Below, in pieces: positions 7,586 through 16,781 of a stretch of 25,173 bases of DNA; position 1 is the first letter of the stretch; each line of letters starts with the position of its first letter. Under the pieces are notes generated by a model that made no database searches, was not told the origin of the DNA, and saw only the letters and a list, made by a program, of their open reading frames with translations. Both the position numbers and the translations under genes were made by a program. This DNA is from a virus (lineage: Duplodnaviria; Caudoviricetes), in IMG/VR virus record IMGVR_UViG_3300025114_000042, positions 1 to 25,173 of that record. One strand, 5' to 3'.

Positions 7586-10501
7586 TTACTTGAAAAGTCC
7601 CTTGAATCCACCTTGATTTGCACCTGCCGCCCCCAATGCTGCTCCGCCAAGGCCAAATAATCCGCCCATTAAATCACTTGGGTTATAGGTGTCGGCCTGA
7701 TAATTACCTTGTGCCTGTGCTGCGTTGAATATCGGTGGTGGAGCTACCTGTGCGCCACTGTACTGCTGGAACTGCGGTAATTGAGCCTGAGTACCAGTTC
7801 TAAGCGCGTTTATTTCATTAAGCGGTAAGTTACGGAGATATGCCTGTTCCTGTATCTGACGTTGACGTTCCTGCGCTTGTTGCTGCTGGAAGGACTGATT
7901 ATTCATGAACTGACGTTGTTGTTCTTGGCTCATATTCTGGAACACGCGCTGATCTTCACTCGTCATGTTCTGGAACATTCTCTGTGCTTCGGCAGCGTCA
8001 TAACTTGCAACTTCCGCCCTCTCGCCAAACTGCTGGCTACGGACAGCGTTCTGCATTTGCGCCTGAACCTGCTGTTCGCTCAATCCCTGCGCTCTCAACT
8101 GTTGCTGGAACTGGGCTAAGGATTCCTGCTCACCGAACTGTTGTCCACGTTGAGCCTGTGCGTCAGTGGCAATAGCGCCACGTTCAGCGAACTGCCCCTG
8201 CCTTGCGGCATTCTGCATTTGCGCTTGAACTTGTTGCTCGTTCAGCCCCTGAGACCTCAACTGTTGTTGGAACTGAGCCATTGCTTCTTGTTGACCAAAC
8301 TGCTGCTGATTTATAGCCATATTGACTTGGGCCTGAACCTGTTGTTCGTTCAATCCAGCGGCTCTTAGCTGCTCTTGGAATTGAGCCAGAGTAGTCTCTT
8401 CGCCAAACTGCTGCGCTCTCTGCGCTTGTGCGTCTGCCGAAATAGCCTGTCTTTCGCCAAACTGTTGACCACGAATCGCCATGTCCATTTGGGCTTGAAC
8501 TTCCTGTTCATTCAGTCCTTGAGCGCGTAATTGCTGGGCAAACTGAGCCATAGATTCTTGTTCGCCAAATTCCTGCCCTCTCTGACCAGCATAAGCGTCA
8601 GTGATCGTTGCTCGTTCCCCGAACTGCTGACCACGGATTGCGTTATTAATCTGAGTTTGAATTTGTTGCTCACTCAACCCCTGCCCTCTAAGCTGTTGAG
8701 CAAACTGCCCTATCGCTTGACGTTCAGAGAATTCCTGCCCACGCATACCCATTTGTGACGCAGTTTGAGCCTGTTGCTCAGTCAATCCTTGTGATCTACG
8801 GGCGTTCTCAAGTCCAGCGATACGGCTTTGTTCCTGACCACCGGCTAAAATAGCTTGGGTGTTAAAATCATTCTGCTGCCGGTTGATCTCGTCCATACGC
8901 TCGTTATAGCCTTCAGTCCCCGGTGTAAAGCCTCTGGCAATCAGATCAGCTTCCATATCAGAGCGTTGCTTGGCGAACAATGGGTCTTGTCTTGCTTTCA
9001 TTGCGTCAGTGATCTGATTCAATCCACCTACTGAGGGATCAATCTGATAATCACGTAACCTGCTGGGATCGACCTGGTTTACGCCGGCCATACCATAATT
9101 ATTCAACTGACCTTGTGGCGAAAGTTGATTTACGTCAATTTCCTGAAATCCCTGCAATCCACCCTGACTCAATCTACTGAAATCGCTCAAATCCTGATTA
9201 CGCAGTTGTCCTTGAGGAGATAATTGACCGAGGTTTATATCGGCAACGCCCTGCAATTCTTGATTGTTGAGGGCAGAGAAATCCCGTAATCCAGAGGTAT
9301 CTATGTTCCCTCGTTCCGCTAATTGCGACAGGTCTATGCCGGTCATTTGCTGCAACTGGCTGGTATCTATGTTGCCCTGTTGCGGTAATTGGTTGGGGTC
9401 AATCGAACCATATCCGCCCAATCCTTGTGCAGATAGTTGGTCAAAACCTCTCATTCCGCCAGTGTCTATGCTGCCCTGTTGAGCAAGTTGGTTAAGGTCG
9501 ATATTCCCGTACTGCCCTAATCCAGCGGTATTCAGTCCACTTCTGTCGCCAACAATGTTCTGATTGGGGGGTGGAGCGCCTTTTTTACTGCCAGCACCGC
9601 CGGTATACATGCCACCTGGATTTATACCGCCACTGTCATATCCACCGTCGCCTTGATTAAATCCGCCGCCAGCACCAGGGAACCACGGCTGAATACCTAC
9701 CTGACCCCCACCGGAACCGTAATTGGAGCCAATCGGAGTTTGGCCGTATCCCGTAATGCTGGAGGTCTGGTTGGTAACTGGGTCAACACCCTGCATTCCC
9801 GACGTATCGAATGAAGTGCCGAGCATTCTATTAATGTCGTCAAGCCCTGTAGTAGCAGTTTGTAACAGACCAATATCTAACCCTTGGCCGAGATCGAACT
9901 TTTGTTGCTCAGTAGGCGAGAATGTCTGCGTTACCGTGGCTTGCGGGATTCCTGCTGTGCCGTATCCACCACCGTATCCACCGCCGTATCCACCGTATCC
10001 ACTGCCTCCGCTGGTAGCACCAGTGTATCCACCGCCATAAACACCACTGGTGTTAATCCCGCCGTACTGTCCACCGCCGTATTGACCGCCACCACCGAGC
10101 GCCCAGCCACCGGTAGAATCACTCCCACCAGTAGGCGACCAAGTCCACGGATTCTGCCCTTGTGCGGTTAATCCAGCCTCAAACCCCGGAGTATAGCCAA
10201 ATCCCTTACGCTGCCCTTCTTCCAGATAATGCCCGTAAGCAGTCAAGTTGGGGTCTGATTCCATTGCTTCAGCAACGTCAGGACGCTTGGCTAGATATGC
10301 AGCGGAGTCAAATTGCCCTTGACCACCAAAACCACCGCCTGTGCCTTGTCGCCCCCATGTTGTTGTCTGGGTGCCATACGGGGTGACGACATTCGGGTTG
10401 GACAGGACGGTAGTTTGGTACGCTGCCCGTTCATTGGCTGCGCCCTGTTCTTTAGCCGCCCCCGAATAATCGGGTGCTGGAGGGGCCGATTTTTTGCCCA
10501 T
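7586..10501 (-). CDS. DNA ejection/pilot protein (P22 gp7-like position), greatly expanded by repeats (971 aa)
   Basis: N-terminus MGKKSAPPAPDY...NVVTPYG, central L-x-ARGFTPGTEGY core, RNLPLNEINAL motif and C-terminal GGLFGLGGAALGA are typical of the first ejection protein after the GNAT-like gene. AGGAG SD. Confidence 0.75.
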   Translation of the reverse strand: MGKKSAPPAPDYSGAAKEQGAANERAAYQTTVLSNPNVVTPYGTQTTTWGRQGTGGGFGGQGQFDSAAYLAKRPDVAEAMESDPNLTAYGHYLEEGQRKGFGYTPGFEAGLTAQGQNPWTWSPTGGSDSTGGWALGGGGQYGGGQYGGINTSGVYGGGYTGATSGGSGYGGYGGGYGGGYGTAGIPQATVTQTFSPTEQQKFDLGQGLDIGLLQTATTGLDDINRMLGTSFDTSGMQGVDPVTNQTSSITGYGQTPIGSNYGSGGGQVGIQPWFPGAGGGFNQGDGGYDSGGINPGGMYTGGAGSKKGAPPPNQNIVGDRSGLNTAGLGQYGNIDLNQLAQQGSIDTGGMRGFDQLSAQGLGGYGSIDPNQLPQQGNIDTSQLQQMTGIDLSQLAERGNIDTSGLRDFSALNNQELQGVADINLGQLSPQGQLRNQDLSDFSRLSQGGLQGFQEIDVNQLSPQGQLNNYGMAGVNQVDPSRLRDYQIDPSVGGLNQITDAMKARQDPLFAKQRSDMEADLIARGFTPGTEGYNERMDEINRQQNDFNTQAILAGGQEQSRIAGLENARRSQGLTEQQAQTASQMGMRGQEFSERQAIGQFAQQLRGQGLSEQQIQTQINNAIRGQQFGERATITDAYAGQRGQEFGEQESMAQFAQQLRAQGLNEQEVQAQMDMAIRGQQFGERQAISADAQAQRAQQFGEETTLAQFQEQLRAAGLNEQQVQAQVNMAINQQQFGQQEAMAQFQQQLRSQGLNEQQVQAQMQNAARQGQFAERGAIATDAQAQRGQQFGEQESLAQFQQQLRAQGLSEQQVQAQMQNAVRSQQFGERAEVASYDAAEAQRMFQNMTSEDQRVFQNMSQEQQRQFMNNQSFQQQQAQERQRQIQEQAYLRNLPLNEINALRTGTQAQLPQFQQYSGAQVAPPPIFNAAQAQGNYQADTYNPSDLMGGLFGLGGAALGAAGANQGGFKGLFK
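7991..8800 (-). repeat. 15 x 18-aa (54-bp) Gln-rich helical repeat, residues 568-837
   Basis: Units such as LRAQGLNEQEVQAQMDMA / IRGQQFGERQAISADAQA / QRAQQFGEETTLAQFQEQ in exact 18-residue register. Confidence 0.92.
9044..9538 (-). repeat. 15 x 11-aa (33-bp) repeat, residues 322-486
   Basis: Units such as NIDLNQLAQQG / SIDTGGMRGFD / QLSAQGLGGYG in exact 11-residue register. Confidence 0.88.
9960..10100 (-). repeat. Gly/Tyr-rich low-complexity repeat (GGGQYGGGQYG...GYGGYGGGYGGGYG)
   Basis: 9-12-bp ccgtatccaccg-type units on the + strand. Confidence 0.85.
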
Positions 10502-10512
10502 TTATGAAACTC

Positions 10513-10935
10513 CTATGCCGCATTCCTATTGAAATACTTGCACTTGTCTTTTGTCATTTCGGTGAGAACGTAATCTACACCAACCTTAAAACCGTCTTGA
10601 ATTTTACCAATCTCATAAAAACCAATGTTCTTGATAAACTTCAGTGCCTTTTGGTTGTCAGAAGGCGTGATTCCGATGATTTTCGTCCTACCTGATTCCT
10701 CACTGAAGGCAAACTTAAAGACCTCCTCTGCGAAACCATGACGCAAAACAAACGGGTTTCCTATCCATATATGAATAATACAGCTATTATACGACCAACT
10801 ATCGAAAACGCATACTGCTTCCGGTATTCCTTCGTTGTTTAATGCCGTTATTCCTCTCGTATCCTCGCATAAATTCGGTCTTGCCTCGCCCATATAGTCC
10901 AAATGCACGCGCTCTAATGGCACAAAACTAACCAA
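10513..10935 (-). CDS. GNAT-fold virion assembly protein (P22 gp14 / DUF2824-like), 140 aa
   Basis: GNAT C-terminal motif TPSDNQKALKFIKNIGFYEIG; located between the nozzle and the ejection proteins. Confidence 0.75.
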   Translation of the reverse strand: MVSFVPLERVHLDYMGEARPNLCEDTRGITALNNEGIPEAVCVFDSWSYNSCIIHIWIGNPFVLRHGFAEEVFKFAFSEESGRTKIIGITPSDNQKALKFIKNIGFYEIGKIQDGFKVGVDYVLTEMTKDKCKYFNRNAA

Positions 10936-12499
10936 TTACTCCTCCATATTCGTATAAATAGTCAGAAGCGGTATATCTTACGTCCAATCCATTACTAATG
11001 GTACTCAACTGTAATGCGATGGCTGTCCCTACTGCATTAACGGTCTGCCAATCATTGAACGAACTCACATCACCGCCCCATGTCGCCCCGTCCCATAGTG
11101 CTGCGTCCCACAAACCATGTGGGGAGGGGGTAAAAGTCAGTGCTGCTTGCCCCTGTACGTCGTCGCCAAAATCAACAGCAACACCCATATAAACTGCTGG
11201 AGTACCATTGGACAAGAAGTTGGGTCTGACAGAATTAACCTGCTTCAACCGGCCCTTTGCCCCTAAATAAGTGAATGCCTGTTTTAACTGCGCGTCTATG
11301 TTCAGACCTTTATCAGCGAATAACTCACCAAAATGACCCACAACACCGTCACCGCCAAAGTACATTTTCTCATTCGATATTGCCCAGCAATTAGCCTCGA
11401 TCTCGGTAAATCGCCACCACGCACCATTCAGCGTGTTCATGACGTACTGCTCCTGCTTCGATCCCTCACTAACCGGCACATTAACCAATACCTGATTACC
11501 CTGCGGGAAGAAGGTCATATTCCAGCCATAATTACTGCGGTAATTAACACTTGCGTCAGTAAATGCCGTTGAAATCATGTCGGTCAAGGCAACCTGTGGG
11601 TTAGTCTGCGAGGACTGTAGCGCCCCAGATAGCGGAAATACCCCTTGAACTGTAAGGGTTAGTATGTCGCCAGCGTACTTAATCAAGCACCTTGAGCCTA
11701 TCGGTTCGCCAATGTTCCAGATACCAATCAACCCCCATGAGTTCGTGGAGGAAGGATTTGTACCTTTGAACACAGCTACTTGGCCTTCACTGGAGACAAC
11801 GACCAAATGATCGTCTGAGCCTTCACCAGCGTCTAATGTCCATGTCTCGGCGGCAACCAAATACCCACCTTTGGAGAAATAGCCGTCTAATCGAGTTCTA
11901 GCCGTCGCTCCACCAACCGAATCAACCGGCAGGTAATAGAGCGAGAGCGAGTTGTTCAATATGAGATACATACGCCGCTTGAATATCGTGGCATTTACAA
12001 TATCAGTGGTAGTTACCCCCGTAATAGCAGGGGTAGAAGCGTCGGTAATCGTTATCCAGTTGGAATTATCCCAGTATCTCGGTGCGTCAGTACCGTTAAA
12101 GCAGCATAAATAGGAGTTTCCAGCGGAATTGGTGAAATTAACGTACTGCCAACGGGCATTCGTCAATGATCCAACAACAGCAGCACCAACGGCTCCAGCA
12201 CTTGTGACATTGTAAAACGAGTCATTTGCCGCAGCAAAGAGGGTCTGTGTACCATCCTGCGCGTTATACGGCATTAAGGACTCAACTTGCTGCCCTATGC
12301 CCGTTACATGCTCCGAATAGCCCTTGCGAACCCTTACGTCAGTGGTATTGCCGAACCAATTATCAGTTTCAGCGGCATAACCCTCCTTCATATCAGCAAG
12401 GGAATCTTTGGCGTTCCAGCCTTTGACCGGTGCGGAAACAGAGTGAGTGCGGGAAATCTCACGCCCTCTGGCTCTCTTGCGGAAAGCGGGGGTTCTCAT
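10928..12499 (-). CDS. Tail nozzle / DNA stabilisation protein (P22 gp10 / T7 gp12-like), 523 aa
   Basis: N-terminal APVKGWNAKD...NWF...VRVRKG, beta-propeller-like composition, C-terminal WDAALWDGATW; follows the adaptor. Confidence 0.8.
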   Translation of the reverse strand: MRTPAFRKRARGREISRTHSVSAPVKGWNAKDSLADMKEGYAAETDNWFGNTTDVRVRKGYSEHVTGIGQQVESLMPYNAQDGTQTLFAAANDSFYNVTSAGAVGAAVVGSLTNARWQYVNFTNSAGNSYLCCFNGTDAPRYWDNSNWITITDASTPAITGVTTTDIVNATIFKRRMYLILNNSLSLYYLPVDSVGGATARTRLDGYFSKGGYLVAAETWTLDAGEGSDDHLVVVSSEGQVAVFKGTNPSSTNSWGLIGIWNIGEPIGSRCLIKYAGDILTLTVQGVFPLSGALQSSQTNPQVALTDMISTAFTDASVNYRSNYGWNMTFFPQGNQVLVNVPVSEGSKQEQYVMNTLNGAWWRFTEIEANCWAISNEKMYFGGDGVVGHFGELFADKGLNIDAQLKQAFTYLGAKGRLKQVNSVRPNFLSNGTPAVYMGVAVDFGDDVQGQAALTFTPSPHGLWDAALWDGATWGGDVSSFNDWQTVNAVGTAIALQLSTISNGLDVRYTASDYLYEYGGVIG

Positions 12500-13212
12500 A
12501 AATCCCAGCTGCCAATCGGGATAATCACGCCAGCTTGACGGTAATCTCTATCTCTGGACTCAAGACTTAACATTGGCTTGGAACCGTCACGGGCCATTGC
12601 GTCCATAACTCTACGCTCATAAGTCGCAAAATCCTCTGCATATTCCAAACCCTTCGTTTTCAACCAGCGCCAGCGTAGACCAAGACCCATAAGGTTTTCG
12701 TCCAGCAATCCGGTATCGCTATCGGCTGCCCATGCCGCCTGACCTGTGCCACCTGAACTCTGACACCAGGAAGTAGAGGCATAGGAAAAACCCATTGTCT
12801 CGCCAGCAGTCGGGGTGGGGGCAATATAGAAATTACCCTCACGTTCCTGCCACTGTTGGTAAGGGCCGGTCACTGGGGAGGCTTGGAGTGTTTGCCACTC
12901 CATATCATTCAGAGGGCCAGTTATCGGTAATGAGGTGGTGCGGTTCCAGATCGAATCATTGATAAAGTGGTCGAAATCACCGTCACTGACCACTGTCCCG
13001 TCGATTGCACCCTGATTAGCAGTACCGACAATCGTGAAGGTCGTATCTCTAACCTGCGCCCTCCAATGGCAACGAGTTTCTAAGTCCTCGCCTTCCTCGT
13101 CGGCTAACGCCAAAAGTTGAATTATTTGTACGTCAGTATTACCGACAACCAAGTTGGGGACGGCTATGCCAACCCTACGGGAAACCTTTTGAACCATTGT
13201 TAATAAGGACAT
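12496..13212 (-). CDS. Head-to-tail adaptor (P22 gp4 / T7 gp11-like), 238 aa
   Basis: MSLLTMVQ start, LDENLMGLGLRWRWLKTKGLEYAE motif, and position in the operon. Confidence 0.78.
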   Translation of the reverse strand: MSLLTMVQKVSRRVGIAVPNLVVGNTDVQIIQLLALADEEGEDLETRCHWRAQVRDTTFTIVGTANQGAIDGTVVSDGDFDHFINDSIWNRTTSLPITGPLNDMEWQTLQASPVTGPYQQWQEREGNFYIAPTPTAGETMGFSYASTSWCQSSGGTGQAAWAADSDTGLLDENLMGLGLRWRWLKTKGLEYAEDFATYERRVMDAMARDGSKPMLSLESRDRDYRQAGVIIPIGSWDL

Positions 13213-14063
13213 TATGCACTTTCAGACACCTCTGGCTCTGGAGCCTTTGGCGGTCTGCCTCGTCGTTTTGGCTTTTCGCCGTCTTGAATACGTTGCTCAA
13301 GATCAGCGATTTTAGCCGCTAGTGTATCATTTTGTGCGCGTGTACGCTCATTCTCGGATTCCAAGGCAACCAACTTAGCACCTGAAATCTGGCCGTCAGA
13401 AGCCGAAATATAAGCAATCGCCTTTTTCTTAACGTCCCTCGCTCCCATGCCAAGCGCATCCATAGCCTCGTCGGTCATTTCAGCCGCAAGCTCAATCGTG
13501 TTAATTCCAAGGTCTACGGCGTTTTTCTGCATAGCCATGTTGATCTGATTCCACCCAACAATCGGTGTACCCTCAACAGGCATTTCAGAACCTTCTTTGA
13601 ATCTCGCCAGTGCTGACATGCAGTAATCATAGTAACTCTGGGATATACGCTTGTGGTGTAATCGCTCTTTAAGCTGATCCCCCCACGGCGTAGTAGCAAC
13701 ACGAAATTGATATGCTTCCTGAACAGTGTCAGTAATCATGACCTGTTCCTCAACCCACTCACCATTCTTTTCAACAGTGCGGTAAACAGGGCGCTGAACT
13801 TCTTTCTCAATCTCTCTTGTCTCAAATGCCCAGCCTTCAGCAATATACGGGACTTCACACTTAATATCCCCGTGGGCGCGAATATGAACCTCAATAGTCG
13901 GCACATATACGGTTCTACCCTGCTTCATGGACTCCTGCCGATCCTCGGCGGTTCCATGCTCAAATCGCAATGAGGGTGGGTCGTCCTCCCTGAATGCGTC
14001 TGGTTTTTTTCCGGCTCTCTCTGCATCTGATGCTGTATAACTACTTGCTAGGTTACTAGACAT
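13212..14063 (-). CDS. Conserved phage protein with C-terminal coiled coil and AT-hook (283 aa)
   Basis: GTPIVGW...GINTIELAA (HhH-like) segment, coiled coil, KRRGRPPK near the C-terminus; GAGGA SD. Confidence 0.7.
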   Translation of the reverse strand: MSSNLASSYTASDAERAGKKPDAFREDDPPSLRFEHGTAEDRQESMKQGRTVYVPTIEVHIRAHGDIKCEVPYIAEGWAFETREIEKEVQRPVYRTVEKNGEWVEEQVMITDTVQEAYQFRVATTPWGDQLKERLHHKRISQSYYDYCMSALARFKEGSEMPVEGTPIVGWNQINMAMQKNAVDLGINTIELAAEMTDEAMDALGMGARDVKKKAIAYISASDGQISGAKLVALESENERTRAQNDTLAAKIADLEQRIQDGEKPKRRGRPPKAPEPEVSESA

Positions 14064-14117
14064 ATTTTCCTCGCTATGGCGTTTGTGCCGTTAATGCGTT
14101 TCATGTGGATCATTCAT

Positions 14118-14152
14118 AAAAAAGGGGCGTAGCAAAGTATACTACACCCCTT
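14118..14152 (-). terminator. Rho-independent terminator after the capsid/decoration genes
   Basis: Minus strand GGGGTGTAGT-ATACTTT-GCTACGCCCC (10-bp stem with 2 G-U pairs) followed by TTTTTT. Confidence 0.88.
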
Positions 14153-14169
14153 CTCTTTAGCGGTTTACT

Positions 14170-14646
14170 TTAATGTGCGAAAGCTGCCATACACTTATCA
14201 GCAGAATCGTCAATGGCATAAGCGCAAACGGGATCGTCTACAGCCGCAGCCAAGGTTAAAGTAAGGTCGGTTGTGGACAAATACAGCGCATCACCATCAG
14301 CAGGAGTACCCGCCAAATCCTGAGTTGCTGTGAATGGCCCTTGAACCAACACCCAAACATACTCCGCAGTACCAGTTGCACCAGTAACAGCGACTTGCAG
14401 TACACCAGCCCCTACGGGCTTTGTGGCTGCGTCACTGTTATCAGTAACAACGGTATTGTTTTCAGTCGCTCCAGGTGATCCCAAGTAACCAACAACATCG
14501 CCAGCAGCGCCGGCAACAGTTGCAGTTTCATTGAGAACTTTTACATATTTATACTTTTTCCCATTGGAAGCCGTATAAACAGTACCTTCTGCGAATGCGG
14601 CAGAGGAATCATTTGAGGTTAGCTTTACGCCTATTAAATGCGTCAT
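14170..14646 (-). CDS. Putative capsid decoration/cement protein (158 aa)
   Basis: Small Ala/Gly/Thr-rich beta protein (GKKYKYVK, YVWVLVQG) directly after the capsid gene and before the terminator. Confidence 0.7.
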   Translation of the reverse strand: MTHLIGVKLTSNDSSAAFAEGTVYTASNGKKYKYVKVLNETATVAGAAGDVVGYLGSPGATENNTVVTDNSDAATKPVGAGVLQVAVTGATGTAEYVWVLVQGPFTATQDLAGTPADGDALYLSTTDLTLTLAAAVDDPVCAYAIDDSADKCMAAFAH

Positions 14647-14655
14647 TTGATACTC

Positions 14656-15642
14656 CTATGCGTGCATTACACCTTGTAAAGATCGGTTTGAGCAGGTTAA
14701 GTTGCCCATCCAGATAATCGGGATAACTACTGCGTCCTGGTTAATTGCTCTCTGTTCCTCAACTTCAGTCATTTCAGCATCGCGGTGGCAGCACAGATTG
14801 AGATAATCCGTATTGACCATATACCCGTGGGCGGCTGAGATGCCTGATCCACCGTCAAAGATAACGTCAGCAGTCTTGTACTTCAGTGAAACAAAGCCGG
14901 CGCTGGCTGAGTCCGTAGACTTGTCAGTATCGGTGGTGTATCGCTTAATAGAAGTTTGCGACCCTTCAAAGAAAGTGAAGTAATCGTTGGATAGAACAAC
15001 CAAATCAGGCTTGTCATTCCCTCGTACAAGTTCCAGCCAAAGCTGAAGCATGAAGGGATTTTCAAACGTGCTAGTCGAAAGCGTGATTGCTGAACCAGAT
15101 AGAGGACTTGAAGCGTCCTGTACCGTGTTCTTCCAGAACGTGAAGGTAGCTGAAGCAATGCCGCCTACAGTACCGCCAGCAGTATCAGGAATCAGGGCTT
15201 GAAGGCCACCGATCTGATTAGAGGCAGTTCCGTCAGAGTAAATATCAGACGAAATGTTGTTCTTGAAGGTTCGCATACCGTTTTTCAGACGGGATTTGGC
15301 GAGATTCGTGATTTGTCGATCACCGGAGTTAATTCGCAGTTCACGACCAGATGCAGTTATATGTACCGCTGCTTGTTTCCAGTTGTATTCTGCTGCTGAC
15401 AGCACATCACTTGCACTAATATCCAGAGCGTCATAGCCGCTATATCGCTGCCATGTACCATTCTCTGCGTAATCAAGTTCCTCAACGAGTGTTAATCCAC
15501 CGTCCTCAACCTTCTTACGGCCTTTTCTGTTCATTTGCATGAGCAGGGCGTTGTTGTTCGTGACGTTATCAGCAAACTCCGCTTTGTGCTTACGGTAAGT
15601 GGTCGTGACCAGTTCCGTAAATGTACTGTTTGGAGAAGCCAT
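14656..15642 (-). CDS. Major capsid protein (328 aa)
   Basis: ADNVTNNNALL, YSGYDAL, AEYNWKQAA, GNLTCSNRSLQG motifs of HK97-fold capsids; follows the scaffold; GAGGA SD. Confidence 0.9.
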   Translation of the reverse strand: MASPNSTFTELVTTTYRKHKAEFADNVTNNNALLMQMNRKGRKKVEDGGLTLVEELDYAENGTWQRYSGYDALDISASDVLSAAEYNWKQAAVHITASGRELRINSGDRQITNLAKSRLKNGMRTFKNNISSDIYSDGTASNQIGGLQALIPDTAGGTVGGIASATFTFWKNTVQDASSPLSGSAITLSTSTFENPFMLQLWLELVRGNDKPDLVVLSNDYFTFFEGSQTSIKRYTTDTDKSTDSASAGFVSLKYKTADVIFDGGSGISAAHGYMVNTDYLNLCCHRDAEMTEVEEQRAINQDAVVIPIIWMGNLTCSNRSLQGVMHA

Positions 15643-15671
15643 TTTTCTTTCCTCACAAAAAAGTTAATTGA

Positions 15672-16772
15672 TTATGACCGCGCCTTAATTTCTGCCATAG
15701 TCTCGGCCATAGTGTCGTCAACGCTTCCAGTGGGGGTTGGCTGTCTAACGCTGTGGGAGCCACTACGCTCAAGATTGTTATCCAGAGCCTTCTTAGCCTT
15801 TTCCACATGCGCTGTTGCTTGATCCTGACGTTTGGCTGAATCTGAGTGAGCCTGTTCGCTCATCAAAATCGGCCTGATCTTAGGATTCGCCCATATTTCG
15901 CGTTCATAAGCGGTTTCGAGGTCTATCCCCTCCGCTTCTACAATGGAAGCCATCTGCTGCCTTACGTTTTCAAAGTAAGGATGCTTCAGGGTTCCATCCG
16001 TATTCACTGCGGTTTCAAACTGATGTACTTCATTAACGACTAATTGCTCGGTCGCCTGTTGTCGCGCTGCCGCCAATCGCTCATTTACAGTCCGATCCAC
16101 AGTCCGATCCACGTCCTGTTGGGTTAAACCTTGGGACTGAACCGATTGTCGATTGGTATATAATGCCACCATTTCGTTGACAACGCCATACTGTTTTGCT
16201 GTTTCCCACAATTGCTGCGCTTTTTGCTGCGGTGCGGCAGTCTCTAAGACGTAATAAGCGTTCAACATTGTGCCGATCGCTTCCGTCGGATTACTGCCTC
16301 TGGCGTTGATTGTGGGCATATAAGGGGCTACAACGGAGTTTATCTGGCGTCCGTAATTAGCGTCCTCTTTGAGCATTTCCACACCACGCATGGAATCCTG
16401 CTCTCGTTTGTGTATTTCAGCCCTATGCGTCGGAGAAAGTTCATTCCATGTCGATTTGGCTAATGCACGCCAGGTACTCGGTGGATTCACATATTCTTTA
16501 ATTTCATTGCCGTCGTCGTCAAGTAGATTCTCAGCAACTACGATTTCAGGCTGTTCTACGCCCTCGGATTCTGGGTCTTTCTCGGCAAACTGGCCTTTTT
16601 CATCACGGGCTGGCCCTTCATCTGCCGGTGCCTCCTCGCTCGGCGTTTCCTCGCTCGGCGTTTCCTCGCTCGGCGTTTCCGCTTCAACTTCCTCAATTTC
16701 CTCCGCTTCTGAGGCTCTGATTTCACTCAGCGTTTCCTCCATTGACTCGTCGAGGGTTTGTACTTCAGACAT
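15672..16772 (-). CDS. Capsid scaffolding protein (366 aa)
   Basis: Acidic N-terminus, RDEKGQFA, PPSTW and HPYFENVR motifs, helical; immediately upstream of the capsid gene. Confidence 0.82.
   Translation of the reverse strand: MSEVQTLDESMEETLSEIRASEAEEIEEVEAETPSEETPSEETPSEEAPADEGPARDEKGQFAEKDPESEGVEQPEIVVAENLLDDDGNEIKEYVNPPSTWRALAKSTWNELSPTHRAEIHKREQDSMRGVEMLKEDANYGRQINSVVAPYMPTINARGSNPTEAIGTMLNAYYVLETAAPQQKAQQLWETAKQYGVVNEMVALYTNRQSVQSQGLTQQDVDRTVDRTVNERLAAARQQATEQLVVNEVHQFETAVNTDGTLKHPYFENVRQQMASIVEAEGIDLETAYEREIWANPKIRPILMSEQAHSDSAKRQDQATAHVEKAKKALDNNLERSGSHSVRQPTPTGSVDDTMAETMAEIKARS
16633..16680 (-). repeat. Perfect 15-bp tandem repeat x3 (ETPSE) in the scaffold N-terminus
   Basis: tcctcgctcggcgtt x3 on the + strand. 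Confidence 0.95.
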
Positions 16773-16781
16773 AGTGTTCTC

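Noticed and set aside
10513-10935. GNAT protein as an auxiliary metabolic or anti-defence gene
   Set aside because: A GNAT-fold gene at this position is a standard component of podovirus tail/ejection modules.
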